DNA of 64,000 nt from an uncultured delta proteobacterium (GCA_963806225.1 CAWDXG010000001.1:1376001-1440000); one strand, 5' to 3'. Shown: positions 51,995-62,293, counted from the first letter of the stretch. A program made the numbers and translations. Notes: generated from the sequence alone by a model not told the origin.

Positions 51995-53178
51995 TTACTT
52001 GCTCGGCAAGCCGAGGATGTACTTGGCGATGACGTTGCGCTGGATCTCGTTCGACCCGGCGTAGATGGTCGCCGCGCGCAGGTAGTTGAAGCCCGAGGCG
52101 ACCCACTGCTCGCGCGGCGGCACGACGCCGGGCTCGTTGAACCAGGCCAGCGAGTTGTGCCCCATCGCCTCCATGGTCAGGTCCGCGGCGGCCTGCTGGA
52201 TCTCGGTGCCGCGGAGCTTGAGGATGCTCGACTCCGGGCCCGGTGCGTGACCGAGCTGCGCGCTGGCGAGGGTGCGGTAGTTCGCCATGCGCGAGCGCCT
52301 CGAGCTTCATTTCCAGGCGCGCGACCTTGGCGCGGAAGCCGGTGTGCTCGAGCAGCGGCTTGCCGTCCACGATGGTCTCCGCCGCGATGCGCTTCATGCG
52401 CAGGATGGCGCGACCGCTGATGCCGACGCCGGCGACCAGCGTGCGCTCGTGGCCGAGCAGCGCCTTGGCGTAGGTCCAGCCCATGTTCAGCTCGCCGACC
52501 AGGTTGTCCTTCGGCACCTCGACGTTCTCGAACCACGTCTCGCAGAAGGCGGGCGTGCCGCCGGTGGTGAGGAAGGGTTTCACCGTGACGCCTGGCGCCT
52601 TCATGTCGCACAGGATGAAGCTGATGCCGGACTGCTTCTTCACGTCGGGGTTGGTGCGCGCCAGAACGAAGATCCAGTCGGCGTACTGCGCGTAGGTTGT
52701 CCAGGTCTTCTGCCCGTTGAGCAGGAAGTGATCGCCTTTGTCCTCGGCGCGGAGCTGCAGCGAGGCGAGGTCACTGCCGGCGTTCGGCTCGGAGTAGCCC
52801 TGGCACCACACTTCCTCGCCGCTGAGGATCTTCGGCAGGAAGCGCTCTTTCTGCTGGTCGTTGCCGAACTGGATGATGAGCGGGCCCACCATGGCCAATC
52901 CGAAGGGGCTCAGGCCGGGCGTGCCGGCAAGCTCGAGCTCCTCCGAGAAGATGAAGCGACGCGTCGCGTCCCAACCTGGACCGCCGACCTCCTTCGGCCA
53001 GTGCGGAGCGACCCAGCCCTTCTTGGCGAGGATCTTGTGCCACTCCATGATCTCCTTCATGCTCGAAGTTGCCGTCGACGTCGGCCTTCTTCTTGATGTG
53101 GGCGGGCATCGCCGAGCTGATCCACTCGCGCACCTCGTTGCGGAACGCGATCTGCTCCGGTGAAAACGACATGTCCAT
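51995..53178 (-). CDS. Acyl-CoA dehydrogenase (FadE/PimC-type); two +1 frameshifts
   Basis: WCQGYSEPNAGSDLASL, NGQKTWTT, TIYAGSNEIQRN; breaks near 53055 and 52292. Confidence 0.9.
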
Positions 53179-53309
53179 GAGTCGAGCTCCCTGTTTCTTC
53201 CCGCACGCCAGCGCGGGCGCGGGATATATAACACAGTGCGGCATAGCGCCGGACGCCGGGTAGGCAAGCCCTCGACTGCGCGCTCGCTCTGCGCTATTCG
53301 CCGCCCCCC

Positions 53310-54413
53310 ATGGGTTTCTCGTGTGGCATCGTCGGTCTGCCCAACGTGGGCAAGAGCACGCTCTTCAATGCGCTTTCGAGCGCCGGCGCGGAGGCGCAGA
53401 ATTTTCCGTTCTGCACCATCGAGCCCAACGTCGGCGTAGTGCCGGTGCCGGACGAGCGGCTGGAGGCGCTGGTCAAGCTCTACGAGCCGAAGAGCCGGGT
53501 GCCAACGACGATCCGCTTCGTGGACATTGCAGGGCTCGTCCGGGGGGCGTCGAAGGGCGAGGGGCTCGGCAACCAGTTCCTGTCGCATATCCGCGAGGTG
53601 GACGCAGTGGCGCACGTGGTGCGGTGCTTCACCGACGAGAACGTCACGCATGTCGAAGGCAAGGTGGACCCCGTCTCGGACATCGACACGATCCACACCG
53701 AGCTCGGTCTGAAAGATCTGGAGACCGTCAACAAGCGGCTCGAGCGCGCACGCAAGCAGAGCAAGAGCGGCGACCCGGTCGAGCGCGCCGCGGTCGCGCT
53801 GTGCGAGAAGATGGCGGGGCACCTCGATGCCGGCAAGCCCGCGCGGACGTTCGAGGTCGAGGGCGACACCGAGCGCACCATCGTGCGCGAGCTGTCGCTG
53901 CTCACGGACAAGCCCGTCTTCTACGTCGCGAACGTCGACGAGAGCTCGCTCGGCCACGTCGAGGACAACCCGCACTACCAGGCGCTGAAGAAGCTGGCTG
54001 ACTCCGAGGGCGCCGAGGTGGTGCCGATCTGCGCCGCGTTGGAAGCGCAGATCGCGGAGCTGGACGCGGAGGATCGCCCCGAGTTTCTCGAGAGCGCGGG
54101 GCTGTCCGAGCCCGGGTTGAACCAGGTGATCCGCACCGGCTACCGGCTGCTCGGACTGATCACGTTCCTCACGGCGGGCGAGGACGAGTGTCGCGCCTGG
54201 ACCGTGCAGCACGGGGCGACGGCGCCGCAGGCGGCGGGCGTTATCCACACCGATTTCGAGCGCGGCTTCATCAAGGCCGAGGTCATCTGGTGGGAAGATC
54301 TCATCCAACTCGGCAGCGAGGCGAAGTGCCGTGAAGCGGGCAAGCTCGCTATCGAAGGCAAAGACTACGTCGTCCGCGACGGCGACGTGATCCACTTCCG
54401 TTTCAACGTCTAG
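53310..54413 (+). CDS. ychF: Redox-regulated ATPase YchF
   Basis: GIVGLPNVGKSTLFNAL, DIAGLVRGASKGEGLGNQFL, FRFNV end. Confidence 0.98.
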   Translation: MGFSCGIVGLPNVGKSTLFNALSSAGAEAQNFPFCTIEPNVGVVPVPDERLEALVKLYEPKSRVPTTIRFVDIAGLVRGASKGEGLGNQFLSHIREVDAVAHVVRCFTDENVTHVEGKVDPVSDIDTIHTELGLKDLETVNKRLERARKQSKSGDPVERAAVALCEKMAGHLDAGKPARTFEVEGDTERTIVRELSLLTDKPVFYVANVDESSLGHVEDNPHYQALKKLADSEGAEVVPICAALEAQIAELDAEDRPEFLESAGLSEPGLNQVIRTGYRLLGLITFLTAGEDECRAWTVQHGATAPQAAGVIHTDFERGFIKAEVIWWEDLIQLGSEAKCREAGKLAIEGKDYVVRDGDVIHFRFNV

Positions 54414-54444
54414 GGGCGGGAGATCGCTCGCTGGCACGCATACG

Positions 54445-54549
54445 GCGAAGCGACAGCGAGCCCGCGATGAGCGAAGCGAATCGCGTCGGGGGTCCGGGGG
54501 CGGTGAGCCCCCGGCGGACGACTACGGTGGGGGTGGGCGGGTGGGACAC
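54445..54549. repeat. Structured intergenic repeat (REP-like), copy 2
   Basis: Aligns with 27986..28087. Confidence 0.75.
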
Positions 54550-55052
54550 TAGTGACCGTGCGTGGCCCAGTGGCGGAAGGTCTCCACCGGTGCCGGGCCA
54601 CCGAACCAGCCGTAGAAGCGTGCGAGCCACACGATGAGGAGGAGCGCGAAGGTGACGCCGGCGACGGGGCCGATGATGCGGCTGAACCAGCGCCGGAGTG
54701 GACCGGGTGATCTGCCCGGCACGGGCCCGCGGACGAAGTCGTAGAGGCTCGCCAGAACGCCGCCGATGTACAGTGGCGAGACCAGCAGCACGAGCGGGTG
54801 CATGTGCAGAGCGGCCGACAGATTGCCGTGGAGCAGGTCCAGCGTGGCCCGTGTCAAACCGCAGCCGGGGCAGGGGACGCCGAACGCTGCTGCGGTGGGA
54901 CAGATCGGGACGCTGGAAAGCACGAGCCCCACGATCGGCAGGCCGAACAGCGCCACGATGCCGGCGCGCTTGAGCTGCCCGGCGCGCCCGCCGTAGGGAT
55001 CGACGGTCGCCTCGTCGCTGGACGGCTCGCTGTCGCTGACGACGTGCTGCAC
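54549..55052 (-). CDS. DUF2752-domain membrane protein
   Basis: CP...GVPCPGCGLTRA...HPL; GTG start at 55052 inferred (ORF track gives 55070). Confidence 0.88.
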   Translation of the reverse strand: MQHVVSDSEPSSDEATVDPYGGRAGQLKRAGIVALFGLPIVGLVLSSVPICPTAAAFGVPCPGCGLTRATLDLLHGNLSAALHMHPLVLLVSPLYIGGVLASLYDFVRGPVPGRSPGPLRRWFSRIIGPVAGVTFALLLIVWLARFYGWFGGPAPVETFRHWATHGH

Positions 55053-55076
55053 AGCGCGATGATAGCCCATGGAACG

Positions 55077-55105
55077 AAAGAGGCACCCGCATGGGGTGCC
55101 TCTTT
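55077..55105 (-). terminator. Intrinsic terminator after the zinc-ribbon gene
   Basis: AAAGAGGCACCC-gcatg-GGGTGCCTCTTT. Confidence 0.75.
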
Positions 55106-55128
55106 TCGAATCCAGAACGGCTGGATGC

Positions 55129-56493
55129 CTACTGCATGCCGCCGGGTGGCGGGCCGCCGGGTGGCGGGCCGCCGGGTGCCATTCCGCCGGGTGGCGGGCC
55201 GCCGGGGGCCTGTCCGCCTGCCGCCTGGAACACCTCGTTGAGATCCGCAGGCAGGAAGTACAGACCGAGCAGGAGGTACAGGATGGGATGGGGCACCGAA
55301 GCGTTCGGCACTCCGGCCATCTGCTTCGCTTCCAGCACCTTCGCCGGCAGACCCCAGATGAAGATGATGTTCATGATCGGGATGAAGATCATGATGGGGT
55401 TGATGTCGTCCTTCTGCCTGAAGGCCTTCAGCTCGTTGACCATCGACCACAATGCGAAGATTGCGTAGATGAAGCAGACGTAGCTGAGCAGGAAGGTGAC
55501 GATGGGGTTGCGTACGTTACCGATCGGGCCGTGCGGTCCAGTTGGAACGATCGGCGCAGCGCCCTGACCGGGCTGTTGCACGCCGAAGTGCGGAGCACCG
55601 TCGATGGCGTGGGGCGGAGCGCCGGGCGCACCGCCGGGGGGCGGGCCGTACTGGCCAGGCGCACCACCCGGAGGCGGGCCGTACTGGCCAGGCGCACCAC
55701 CGGGGGGCGGGCCACCGGGGGGCGGGCCACCAGGCGGAGGGCCGAACTGACCGGGCGGGCCGCCAGGCGGAGGGCCGCCGGGGGGAGGGCCACCAGGCGG
55801 AGGGCCACCAGGCGGAGGGCCGAACTGTCCGGGCGGGCCGCCGGGAGGGGCCCCACCAGGCGGAGGGCCACCAGGCGGAGGGCCGAACTGTCCGGGCGGG
55901 CCGCCGGGAGGGGCCCCACCAGGCGGAGGGCCTCCGAAAGGAGGGCCCCCGGGTGCACCGGGGGGAGGCCCGCCAGGAGGCGCTCCGCCAACACCGCCAG
56001 CACCCGGAACGGCGCCCTGCGGTCCCGGCGGCGGAAATCCTCCACCCGCCAGCGGGCTCGGCCCGGCCACGACGGTGCCGCCGAGAGGATTCACTTCACC
56101 GGGTGCACCCGGCGGAGGTCCACCCGGAACGCCAGCCGGGGGCCCACCCGGCGCTGCGCCCGGCGGGGGTCCACCTGGCGGGGGCGGCGCCGGAGGAGCT
56201 ACAGCTCCCGGCGAGGGGGGTGCGACGCCGAGCATCGTACCTTTCATCGCGGGCTTGGGAGCGGCCGGTGCTGCAGGCGGCGCCGGCGGCGCGCCGGGCG
56301 CAGGAGCGCCGGGCGCCGGCGGCGCGCCGGGCGCCGGAGCACCTCCACCCGGGCGCGGGATGCTGGGCGGTGCATTCATCATCAGCATCGTGCCCTTGAA
56401 CTTCGGGGCCGCCGCGCCCTTGAGGTTGAAGCCACACTTCGTGCAAGTCGTTCCGGTATCCGGATTCTGCGTCCCACAGTTCGGGCAAAACAC
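55129..56493 (-). CDS. Zinc-ribbon, Pro/Gly-rich linker and DUF4234-like membrane protein
   Basis: CPNCG...CTKCG; KGTML repeats; PPGG repeats; RNPIVTFLLSYVC...NELK. Confidence 0.82.
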   Translation of the reverse strand: MFCPNCGTQNPDTGTTCTKCGFNLKGAAAPKFKGTMLMMNAPPSIPRPGGGAPAPGAPPAPGAPAPGAPPAPPAAPAAPKPAMKGTMLGVAPPSPGAVAPPAPPPPGGPPPGAAPGGPPAGVPGGPPPGAPGEVNPLGGTVVAGPSPLAGGGFPPPGPQGAVPGAGGVGGAPPGGPPPGAPGGPPFGGPPPGGAPPGGPPGQFGPPPGGPPPGGAPPGGPPGQFGPPPGGPPPGGPPPGGPPPGGPPGQFGPPPGGPPPGGPPPGGAPGQYGPPPGGAPGQYGPPPGGAPGAPPHAIDGAPHFGVQQPGQGAAPIVPTGPHGPIGNVRNPIVTFLLSYVCFIYAIFALWSMVNELKAFRQKDDINPIMIFIPIMNIIFIWGLPAKVLEAKQMAGVPNASVPHPILYLLLGLYFLPADLNEVFQAAGGQAPGGPPPGGMAPGGPPPGGPPPGGMQ

Positions 56494-56661
56494 TCGTCAC
56501 CTCCCGTTCCCGCCAGAAGGCCCGGCGGCGAGGGCCGCCAGCCTACACGCGCTCGAACCGGATTCTCAAGACTATCGCAACGGTTTATGTCCTATCGGCT
56601 TCGCTTTCCGCACGGCCGGCCGCAACCGTCAGAGGTGGCTCCCGGGGCACGGAGAGCGCTA

Positions 56662-56691
56662 TTGACACGCGCGATTGGCCCTCACTACGGT
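56662..56691 (+). promoter_or_regulatory. Candidate sigma70 promoter of the nuo operon
   Basis: TTGACA-N18-TACGGT. Confidence 0.45.
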
Positions 56692-56795
56692 TCGCTCGCC
56701 CGGAGCGCCGGGCACAGGCCGATCGCGCCTGGTCCGGTCGCTACCCTGGAATTTCCCGGGGTCGGGCGAGCGCCAACAGAAAGACGGAAAAGTCC

Positions 56796-57281
56796 ATGGC
56801 ATTCGCGCTCAGCGAGGAGCGGGAGAGAGAGTTCAAGCAGATCCTCTCGCGCTACCCGAACAAGATGGCCGCGTGCATCCCGGTTCTCCACCTCTGTCAG
56901 GAGGCGAACGACAACTGGGTGAGCGAGGACGTCATCGCCTTCGTGGCCGAGCGACTTGACCTGAGCACGGCCCACGTCAAGGGCGTTGTGACGTTCTACA
57001 CGCTGTTCAACCAGGAGCGGCCGGGCAAGCACCAGGTCTGGGTCTGCCGCACGCTGTCGTGCGCGCTCAGGGGCAGCGACAGCATCCTCTCGCATTGCGA
57101 GAAGAAGCTCGGCATCCACGCGGGTGAGACCACCAAGGATGGGCGCGTCACCCTGCGTACAGCCGAGTGCCTGGCCTCATGCGGGACCGCGCCGATGATG
57201 CAGGTCGATCGCACCTACTACGAGAACCTCAGCGCCGACGAGGTCGATCGCATTCTCGATCGACTGCTGTACGAGAGCTGA
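56796..57281 (+). CDS. nuoE: NADH-quinone oxidoreductase subunit E
   Basis: GVVTFYTLF; CRTLSC and CLASC 2Fe-2S ligands. Confidence 0.95.
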   Translation: MAFALSEEREREFKQILSRYPNKMAACIPVLHLCQEANDNWVSEDVIAFVAERLDLSTAHVKGVVTFYTLFNQERPGKHQVWVCRTLSCALRGSDSILSHCEKKLGIHAGETTKDGRVTLRTAECLASCGTAPMMQVDRTYYENLSADEVDRILDRLLYES

Positions 57282-57302
57282 TCCAGGACGCGTACCTCCC
57301 CG

Positions 57303-58649
57303 ATGCTCAAGCAGACCACCTACCTTACGAAGAACTACGGCAAGCCCGACGGCTTCAAGCTTGCCGCCTACGAGCAGAGCGGTGGCTACCGTAGCGCCCG
57401 CAAGGCCCTCGGCTTGACCCGCGAAGCGGTCGTGGAGGAAGTGAAGAAGGCGCACATCCGGGGCCGCGGCGGCGCCGGATTCGATTGCGGAACGAAGTGG
57501 AGCTTCATGCCCAAGGAGGTGAAGAAGTCCCACTACCTGGTCGTGAACGCCGACGAAGGCGAGCCCGGGACCTTCAAGGACCGGACGATCATGGAGCAGA
57601 ATCCGCACGCCCTGATCGAGGGTGCGATCATCGGCTGCTACGGGATCGGCGCCCACACCTGCTACATCTACGTCCGCGACGAGCTGCACCTCTCGAAGGA
57701 GCGGCTGTGGGCGGCAATTGCCGAGGCGAAGGCGAAGGGCTATCTCGGCAAGACGCCCTTCGGCCGCCCCTACGAGGTCGAGATCTACGTCCACACGGGC
57801 GCCGGCGCCTACATCTGCGGGGAGGAAACGGCCCTGCTGGAATCACTCGGCGGCAAGCGCGGCGAGCCGCGGCTCAAGCCGCCTTTCCCGGCGCAATACG
57901 GTGCCTTCGGCTTCCCGTCCACGGTCAACAACGTGGAGACGATCGCGTCCGTGCCGACGGTGTTCGAGCTGGGCGGCGACGCTTTCAGCCGACTCAGCGA
58001 TCTGCACCGTTTCAACGACGGCGGCGTGCGCCTGTTCGGCGTCAGTGGCCACGTGAACAAGCCGGGCATCTACGAGTGCGCCGTCGGCCTCACGCTGCGC
58101 GAGCTCATCTACGAGCTGGGCGGTGGCGTGCAGGGCGACCGCGAGATCCTCGGGGTGATCCCGGGCGGCTCCTCGTGTCCGGTTCACCTGCCGGACGAGG
58201 TCGTGAACGTCGAGAACGACGAGCGTTTCGCGCCGTACAACGGCAAGAGCATCCTCGACCTGCCGCTCGGCGTGGACACCTTCCGTGGCGCCGGCAGCAT
58301 GCTCGGTACGTGCTGCGCCATCGTGATGAGCGACGCTGCCGACCCGGTGCTGGCGCTGCACAACGTGATGCGCTTCTACCGACACGAATCGTGCGGCCAG
58401 TGCACGCCGTGTCGCGAAGGTTGTGGCTGGATCGAGCGCATCCTGGACAAGGTGGTGGCGGGCACCGCGAGCATCGAGGAGCTGGATCTCGTCAGCGAGA
58501 TCGCTTCCGACATTACCGGCAACACGATCTGTGCCTTCGGCGATGGCGCCGCACAGCCGGCGCTCGCGTTCATCCGCAAGTACCGGAAGCACTTCGAGGA
58601 CTACATCCTTAACGGCGGCAAGTCGCAGACGCGGACACTGGTGATATGA
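57303..58649 (+). CDS. nuoF: NADH-quinone oxidoreductase subunit F
   Basis: RGRGGAGF, NADEGEPGTFKD, GAGAYICGEET, ESCGQCTPCREG. Confidence 0.97.
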   Translation: MLKQTTYLTKNYGKPDGFKLAAYEQSGGYRSARKALGLTREAVVEEVKKAHIRGRGGAGFDCGTKWSFMPKEVKKSHYLVVNADEGEPGTFKDRTIMEQNPHALIEGAIIGCYGIGAHTCYIYVRDELHLSKERLWAAIAEAKAKGYLGKTPFGRPYEVEIYVHTGAGAYICGEETALLESLGGKRGEPRLKPPFPAQYGAFGFPSTVNNVETIASVPTVFELGGDAFSRLSDLHRFNDGGVRLFGVSGHVNKPGIYECAVGLTLRELIYELGGGVQGDREILGVIPGGSSCPVHLPDEVVNVENDERFAPYNGKSILDLPLGVDTFRGAGSMLGTCCAIVMSDAADPVLALHNVMRFYRHESCGQCTPCREGCGWIERILDKVVAGTASIEELDLVSEIASDITGNTICAFGDGAAQPALAFIRKYRKHFEDYILNGGKSQTRTLVI

Positions 58650-59257
58650 GCGCGGGATCCCTCTTTTTCGCAGTGTGTGGCCTGGTGTGCCTCGTGGGCG
58701 CGCTGGTCACCGTGCTCGCGCAGAACCCCATTCGCGGTGCAATGGGCCTGCTCGCGACCATCCTGGGCATCGCGGGGCTGTTCATGGAGCTGCACGCGCA
58801 ATTCTTGGCGGCCATCCAGCTCATCGTCTACGCCGGCGCGGTCATCGTGCTGTTCGTGTTCGTGATCATGCTGCTCGGACCGGACGCGGGCAGCGCAGGC
58901 CCGGGCAAGGCGCGGGCATCCCGCTGGTTCGGCGGCGGCCTGACAGCGCTGCTCTCGGGCGCTGCGCTGTATCTGGCAGGGGCGCACTCCACCGGAGCGA
59001 CGGTGTTCCTGCCGGCGCGACCGGAGCACGGCACCGTCGAAGCGGTGGGCGGCATGCTCTTCGGCAAGGGCCTGGTGCCATTCGAGCTGGCGACCGCGCT
59101 CTTGATTGTCGCGGTTGTCGGCGCGATTGCCGTGGCGCGGTCGCAGAACAAGAAGAAGATCGTCGAAAAGCCCGAGGGCGAGACGCGGCGCATGTTCGTC
59201 GGCCCGCTGCATCCCCGCGACGCGGGTCATCCCATCGAGAAGGAGCCGGCAGAGTGA
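58646..59257 (+). CDS. nuoJ: NADH-quinone oxidoreductase subunit J
   Basis: QLIVYAGAVIVLFVFVIMLL; PFEL. Confidence 0.95.
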   Translation: MSAGSLFFAVCGLVCLVGALVTVLAQNPIRGAMGLLATILGIAGLFMELHAQFLAAIQLIVYAGAVIVLFVFVIMLLGPDAGSAGPGKARASRWFGGGLTALLSGAALYLAGAHSTGATVFLPARPEHGTVEAVGGMLFGKGLVPFELATALLIVAVVGAIAVARSQNKKKIVEKPEGETRRMFVGPLHPRDAGHPIEKEPAE

Positions 59258-59571
59258 ACGCCCTCGGCCACGTGCTCGAGCACTACGTGCTGTTGTCTTC
59301 GCTGATCTTCACCATCGGCGCCCTCGGCTTTCTGGTGCGCCGCAACACACTGGTGCAGCTGATGAGCATCGAGCTGATGCTCAACGCGGTGAACCTGGCC
59401 CTCGTCGCCTTCAACCGCGTTCACGGCGACAACATGGACGGCCAGATGTTCGCCTTCTTCATCATCGCCATCGCCGCGGCCGAGGCGGCGGTGGGGCTCG
59501 CCATCCTGCTTTCCCTCTACCGCCTGCGCTCGACCGTGAACAGCGACGAAGCGGATACCTTGCGGCACTGA
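59254..59571 (+). CDS. nuoK: NADH-quinone oxidoreductase subunit K
   Basis: RRN...MSIELMLNAVNL; AAAEAAVGLAI; GTGA overlap with nuoJ. Confidence 0.95.
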   Translation: MNALGHVLEHYVLLSSLIFTIGALGFLVRRNTLVQLMSIELMLNAVNLALVAFNRVHGDNMDGQMFAFFIIAIAAAEAAVGLAILLSLYRLRSTVNSDEADTLRH

Positions 59572-59581
59572 CCTACCTCCC

Positions 59582-62293
59582 ATGCACACGCTCCAGGCCA
59601 TCTTCCCAGCGGACAATTTCTCCCTGCTGGTCGCCATCATCGCCCTTCCGCTGATTGGCGCGTTCGTCAACGGCGTCTTCGGAAAGCGCGCGGGCAAGGA
59701 GGCGGTGACGCTGATGGCGCTTTCCGCCGTCGCCATCCCGTTCCTCGCCAGCGTGGTCGCGTTCTTCATGCTCCAAAACGCCCAGACGGGCGAGCACGCC
59801 GCGCGTTTCGTCTGGTCGGGCTGGCACTGGGTGAGCGTTTCCGCCCAGCACGACCTCGGTACGGTGCCCGTCGAGGTGGCGTTCTCGATGGACGCGCTGA
59901 GCGCCACCATGGCGCTGATCGTCACCGGTGTGGGCTTCCTCATCCACCTGTACTCGACGCAGTACATGGCGGACGACCCGAGCTACCATCGCTTCTTCGC
60001 GTATCTGAACCTGTTCATCTTCTCGATGCTGGTTCTGATCCTCGGCGACAACCTGCCGGTGCTGTTCGTCGGTTGGGAAGGCGTGGGCCTTTGCAGCTAC
60101 CTGCTCATCGGCTTCTGGTTCGAGGACGACAAGAACGCGGCGGCAGGCAAGAAGGCCTTCATCACCAACCGCGTCGGCGACTTCGGCCTGCTCGTCGCGA
60201 TGGCGCTGCTCGTCTACTACTCGGGTGCGCTCGACTGGGCCGGCATCGAGGCCCATCGCCAGAGCCTGCTGACGCCCGTGCAGGTCTGGCCCATCGGCGA
60301 CCACGTGCCGCTGGCAGCGCTGTTGCCGCACAGCTGGGCACTGAAGATCAACGCGCCCGTGCGTGTCTCCGCTGCCACGCTGGTCGGTCTGGCATTGTTC
60401 CTCGGCTGCGCGGGCAAGAGCGCGCAGATCCCCCTGTACATCTGGCTGCCCGACGCCATGGCGGGTCCCACGCCGGTCAGCGCGCTGATCCACGCGGCCA
60501 CCATGGTCACCGCCGGCGTGTACCTCGTGTGCCGCATGTCGGACGTGTTCATCCTGAGCCCGGCGGCGATGTTCACGGTGGCGTTCATCGGTGCGTGCAC
60601 TGCGCTCTTCGCGGCGACCATCGCGGTGGTGCAGCACGACATCAAGAAGGTGCTGGCGTATTCCACGGTGAGCCAGCTCGGGTACATGTTCCTGGGCGTC
60701 GGGGTCGGTGCGTTCACCGCCGGCTTCTTCCACGTCATCACGCACGCGTTCTTCAAGGCCCTGCTCTTCCTCGGCGCTGGCTCGGTGATCCACGCCATGC
60801 ACGCGCGCGTGCATGATCACGATGCGTCTCAGGACATGCGCAACATGGGCGGTCTGCGCCGCTTCATGCCGACCACGTTCTGGACGTTCGGGGCGGCCTG
60901 GGCGGCGATCGTCGGCGTCCCGCTCACGGCGGGCTTCTTCTCCAAGGACGAGATCCTGCTCAAGTCCTTCACCTCGGCGATCAAATCGCCGGTGCCGGGC
61001 GGCGTGATCACCGCGGGGCCTTACAGCGTCAAGCTGTTCGAGTGGCCGAGCTGGGGGCCGACGTTCCTGTACGTCGTCGGCGCCTCCGCTGCCGTGCTCA
61101 CGGCCTTCTACATGACGCGGCTCGTGATCGGCATCTTCTACGGCGACTTCAAGGGCTGGACCATCGTCAAGGGCTTCAAGGCGCCCGAGGGCGAGCGCGG
61201 GCACGAGCACCACGCGCACGACGAACCGCTCGAGGGCCCGGCGCCGAAGGAATCGCCGTGGCAGATGACAGTGCCGCTCATGATCCTCGGCGTGCTGTCG
61301 CTGGTCGGCGGCTTCTTCAACGCCGGGCCGCTGCACATCACGCCGCTCGATCACTTCCTCGAGCCGGTGTTCGCGCCCGCCAAGGAAGGCGGCGCCGTGG
61401 CTGCCGTGCGCTCCGCGGGCTCGTGGGAAATGACCCTGCTCGGCGTCGCGGTCCTGTGTTTCCTGGCCGGCGCGGGCGTCGCGTACTGGGCCTACCTGAT
61501 GCAGAAGGGCGAGCCGACCCGGAAGCTGCGCGAGCAGTTCCCGGGCCTCTACGCCCTGGTCTACGACAAGTGGCGCATCGACGAGCTGTACGAGGAGACG
61601 ATCATCGGCGCGGTGGACTCACTGGCCGAGTTCAGCGTGTGGTTCGACAAGTGGGTGATCGACGGCATCGTTGCGCAGCTGACCAGCTTCATCGTCGCGG
61701 CGGCGGGCACCGGGCTGCGCTTCGTGCAGACGGGCCGCGTGCAGGCGTACGCCGCGGTGATGGTCGTGGGCGTCGGTGGGCTCGGCTGGTTCTTCGTCGC
61801 GCCGCACCCGACCGCCAAGGTCACGCGCGACAACGCGGACGGCAAGTACAGCATCGCGGCCGCGCCTGGCCTCGGCTACAGCTACCGCTGGGACGCTGAC
61901 GGCGACGGCAAGTGGGACAGCGACAAGTTCGGTGACCAGGCGAGCGTCGAGTTCACGCTCGATATCGACAAGAAGCGTGTCGTGCGGCTCGAGGTGAAGA
62001 ACGCGTTCGGTCGCGTCGGAGAGCGGCACTTCCGCTTCCACCGTCCGAAGCCGGACAAGTCCGGCGTGCTGGACACGACCGCCATCGACGTGCAGCGCGG
62101 CGCTGACGGCAAGCTGTACGGCGTTCCGCACGGGCAGCCCGCGCCGCAGGGCACAGCGGCACCGAACAACGGGAACGCGATGAACCGCATCATGCGCCTG
62201 CTCAAGCAACGCCAGGGCGCGCTGCCGGGACAGCCGGCGCAGCCCGCCGCTCCACCGCCACAGCCGGCGCCCCAGCCGGGAGGTGCGCGATGA
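59582..62293 (+). CDS. nuoL: NADH-quinone oxidoreductase subunit L with C-terminal soluble extension
   Basis: GWEGVGLCSYLLIGFW, GKSAQIPL..WLPDAMAGPTPVSALIHAATMV, HAFFKALLFL. Confidence 0.96.
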   Translation: MHTLQAIFPADNFSLLVAIIALPLIGAFVNGVFGKRAGKEAVTLMALSAVAIPFLASVVAFFMLQNAQTGEHAARFVWSGWHWVSVSAQHDLGTVPVEVAFSMDALSATMALIVTGVGFLIHLYSTQYMADDPSYHRFFAYLNLFIFSMLVLILGDNLPVLFVGWEGVGLCSYLLIGFWFEDDKNAAAGKKAFITNRVGDFGLLVAMALLVYYSGALDWAGIEAHRQSLLTPVQVWPIGDHVPLAALLPHSWALKINAPVRVSAATLVGLALFLGCAGKSAQIPLYIWLPDAMAGPTPVSALIHAATMVTAGVYLVCRMSDVFILSPAAMFTVAFIGACTALFAATIAVVQHDIKKVLAYSTVSQLGYMFLGVGVGAFTAGFFHVITHAFFKALLFLGAGSVIHAMHARVHDHDASQDMRNMGGLRRFMPTTFWTFGAAWAAIVGVPLTAGFFSKDEILLKSFTSAIKSPVPGGVITAGPYSVKLFEWPSWGPTFLYVVGASAAVLTAFYMTRLVIGIFYGDFKGWTIVKGFKAPEGERGHEHHAHDEPLEGPAPKESPWQMTVPLMILGVLSLVGGFFNAGPLHITPLDHFLEPVFAPAKEGGAVAAVRSAGSWEMTLLGVAVLCFLAGAGVAYWAYLMQKGEPTRKLREQFPGLYALVYDKWRIDELYEETIIGAVDSLAEFSVWFDKWVIDGIVAQLTSFIVAAAGTGLRFVQTGRVQAYAAVMVVGVGGLGWFFVAPHPTAKVTRDNADGKYSIAAAPGLGYSYRWDADGDGKWDSDKFGDQASVEFTLDIDKKRVVRLEVKNAFGRVGERHFRFHRPKPDKSGVLDTTAIDVQRGADGKLYGVPHGQPAPQGTAAPNNGNAMNRIMRLLKQRQGALPGQPAQPAAPPPQPAPQPGGAR

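Noticed and set aside
50818..53178. Acyl-CoA dehydrogenase pair as true pseudogenes or programmed frameshift genes
   Set aside because: Only +1 insertions are seen, with no nonsense codons or slippery heptamers; sequencing error is the simpler explanation.
55600..56350. Pro/Gly repeats as a collagen-like or mobile repeat
   Set aside because: There is no Gly-X-Y periodicity; this is an ordinary low-complexity linker of a zinc-ribbon protein.
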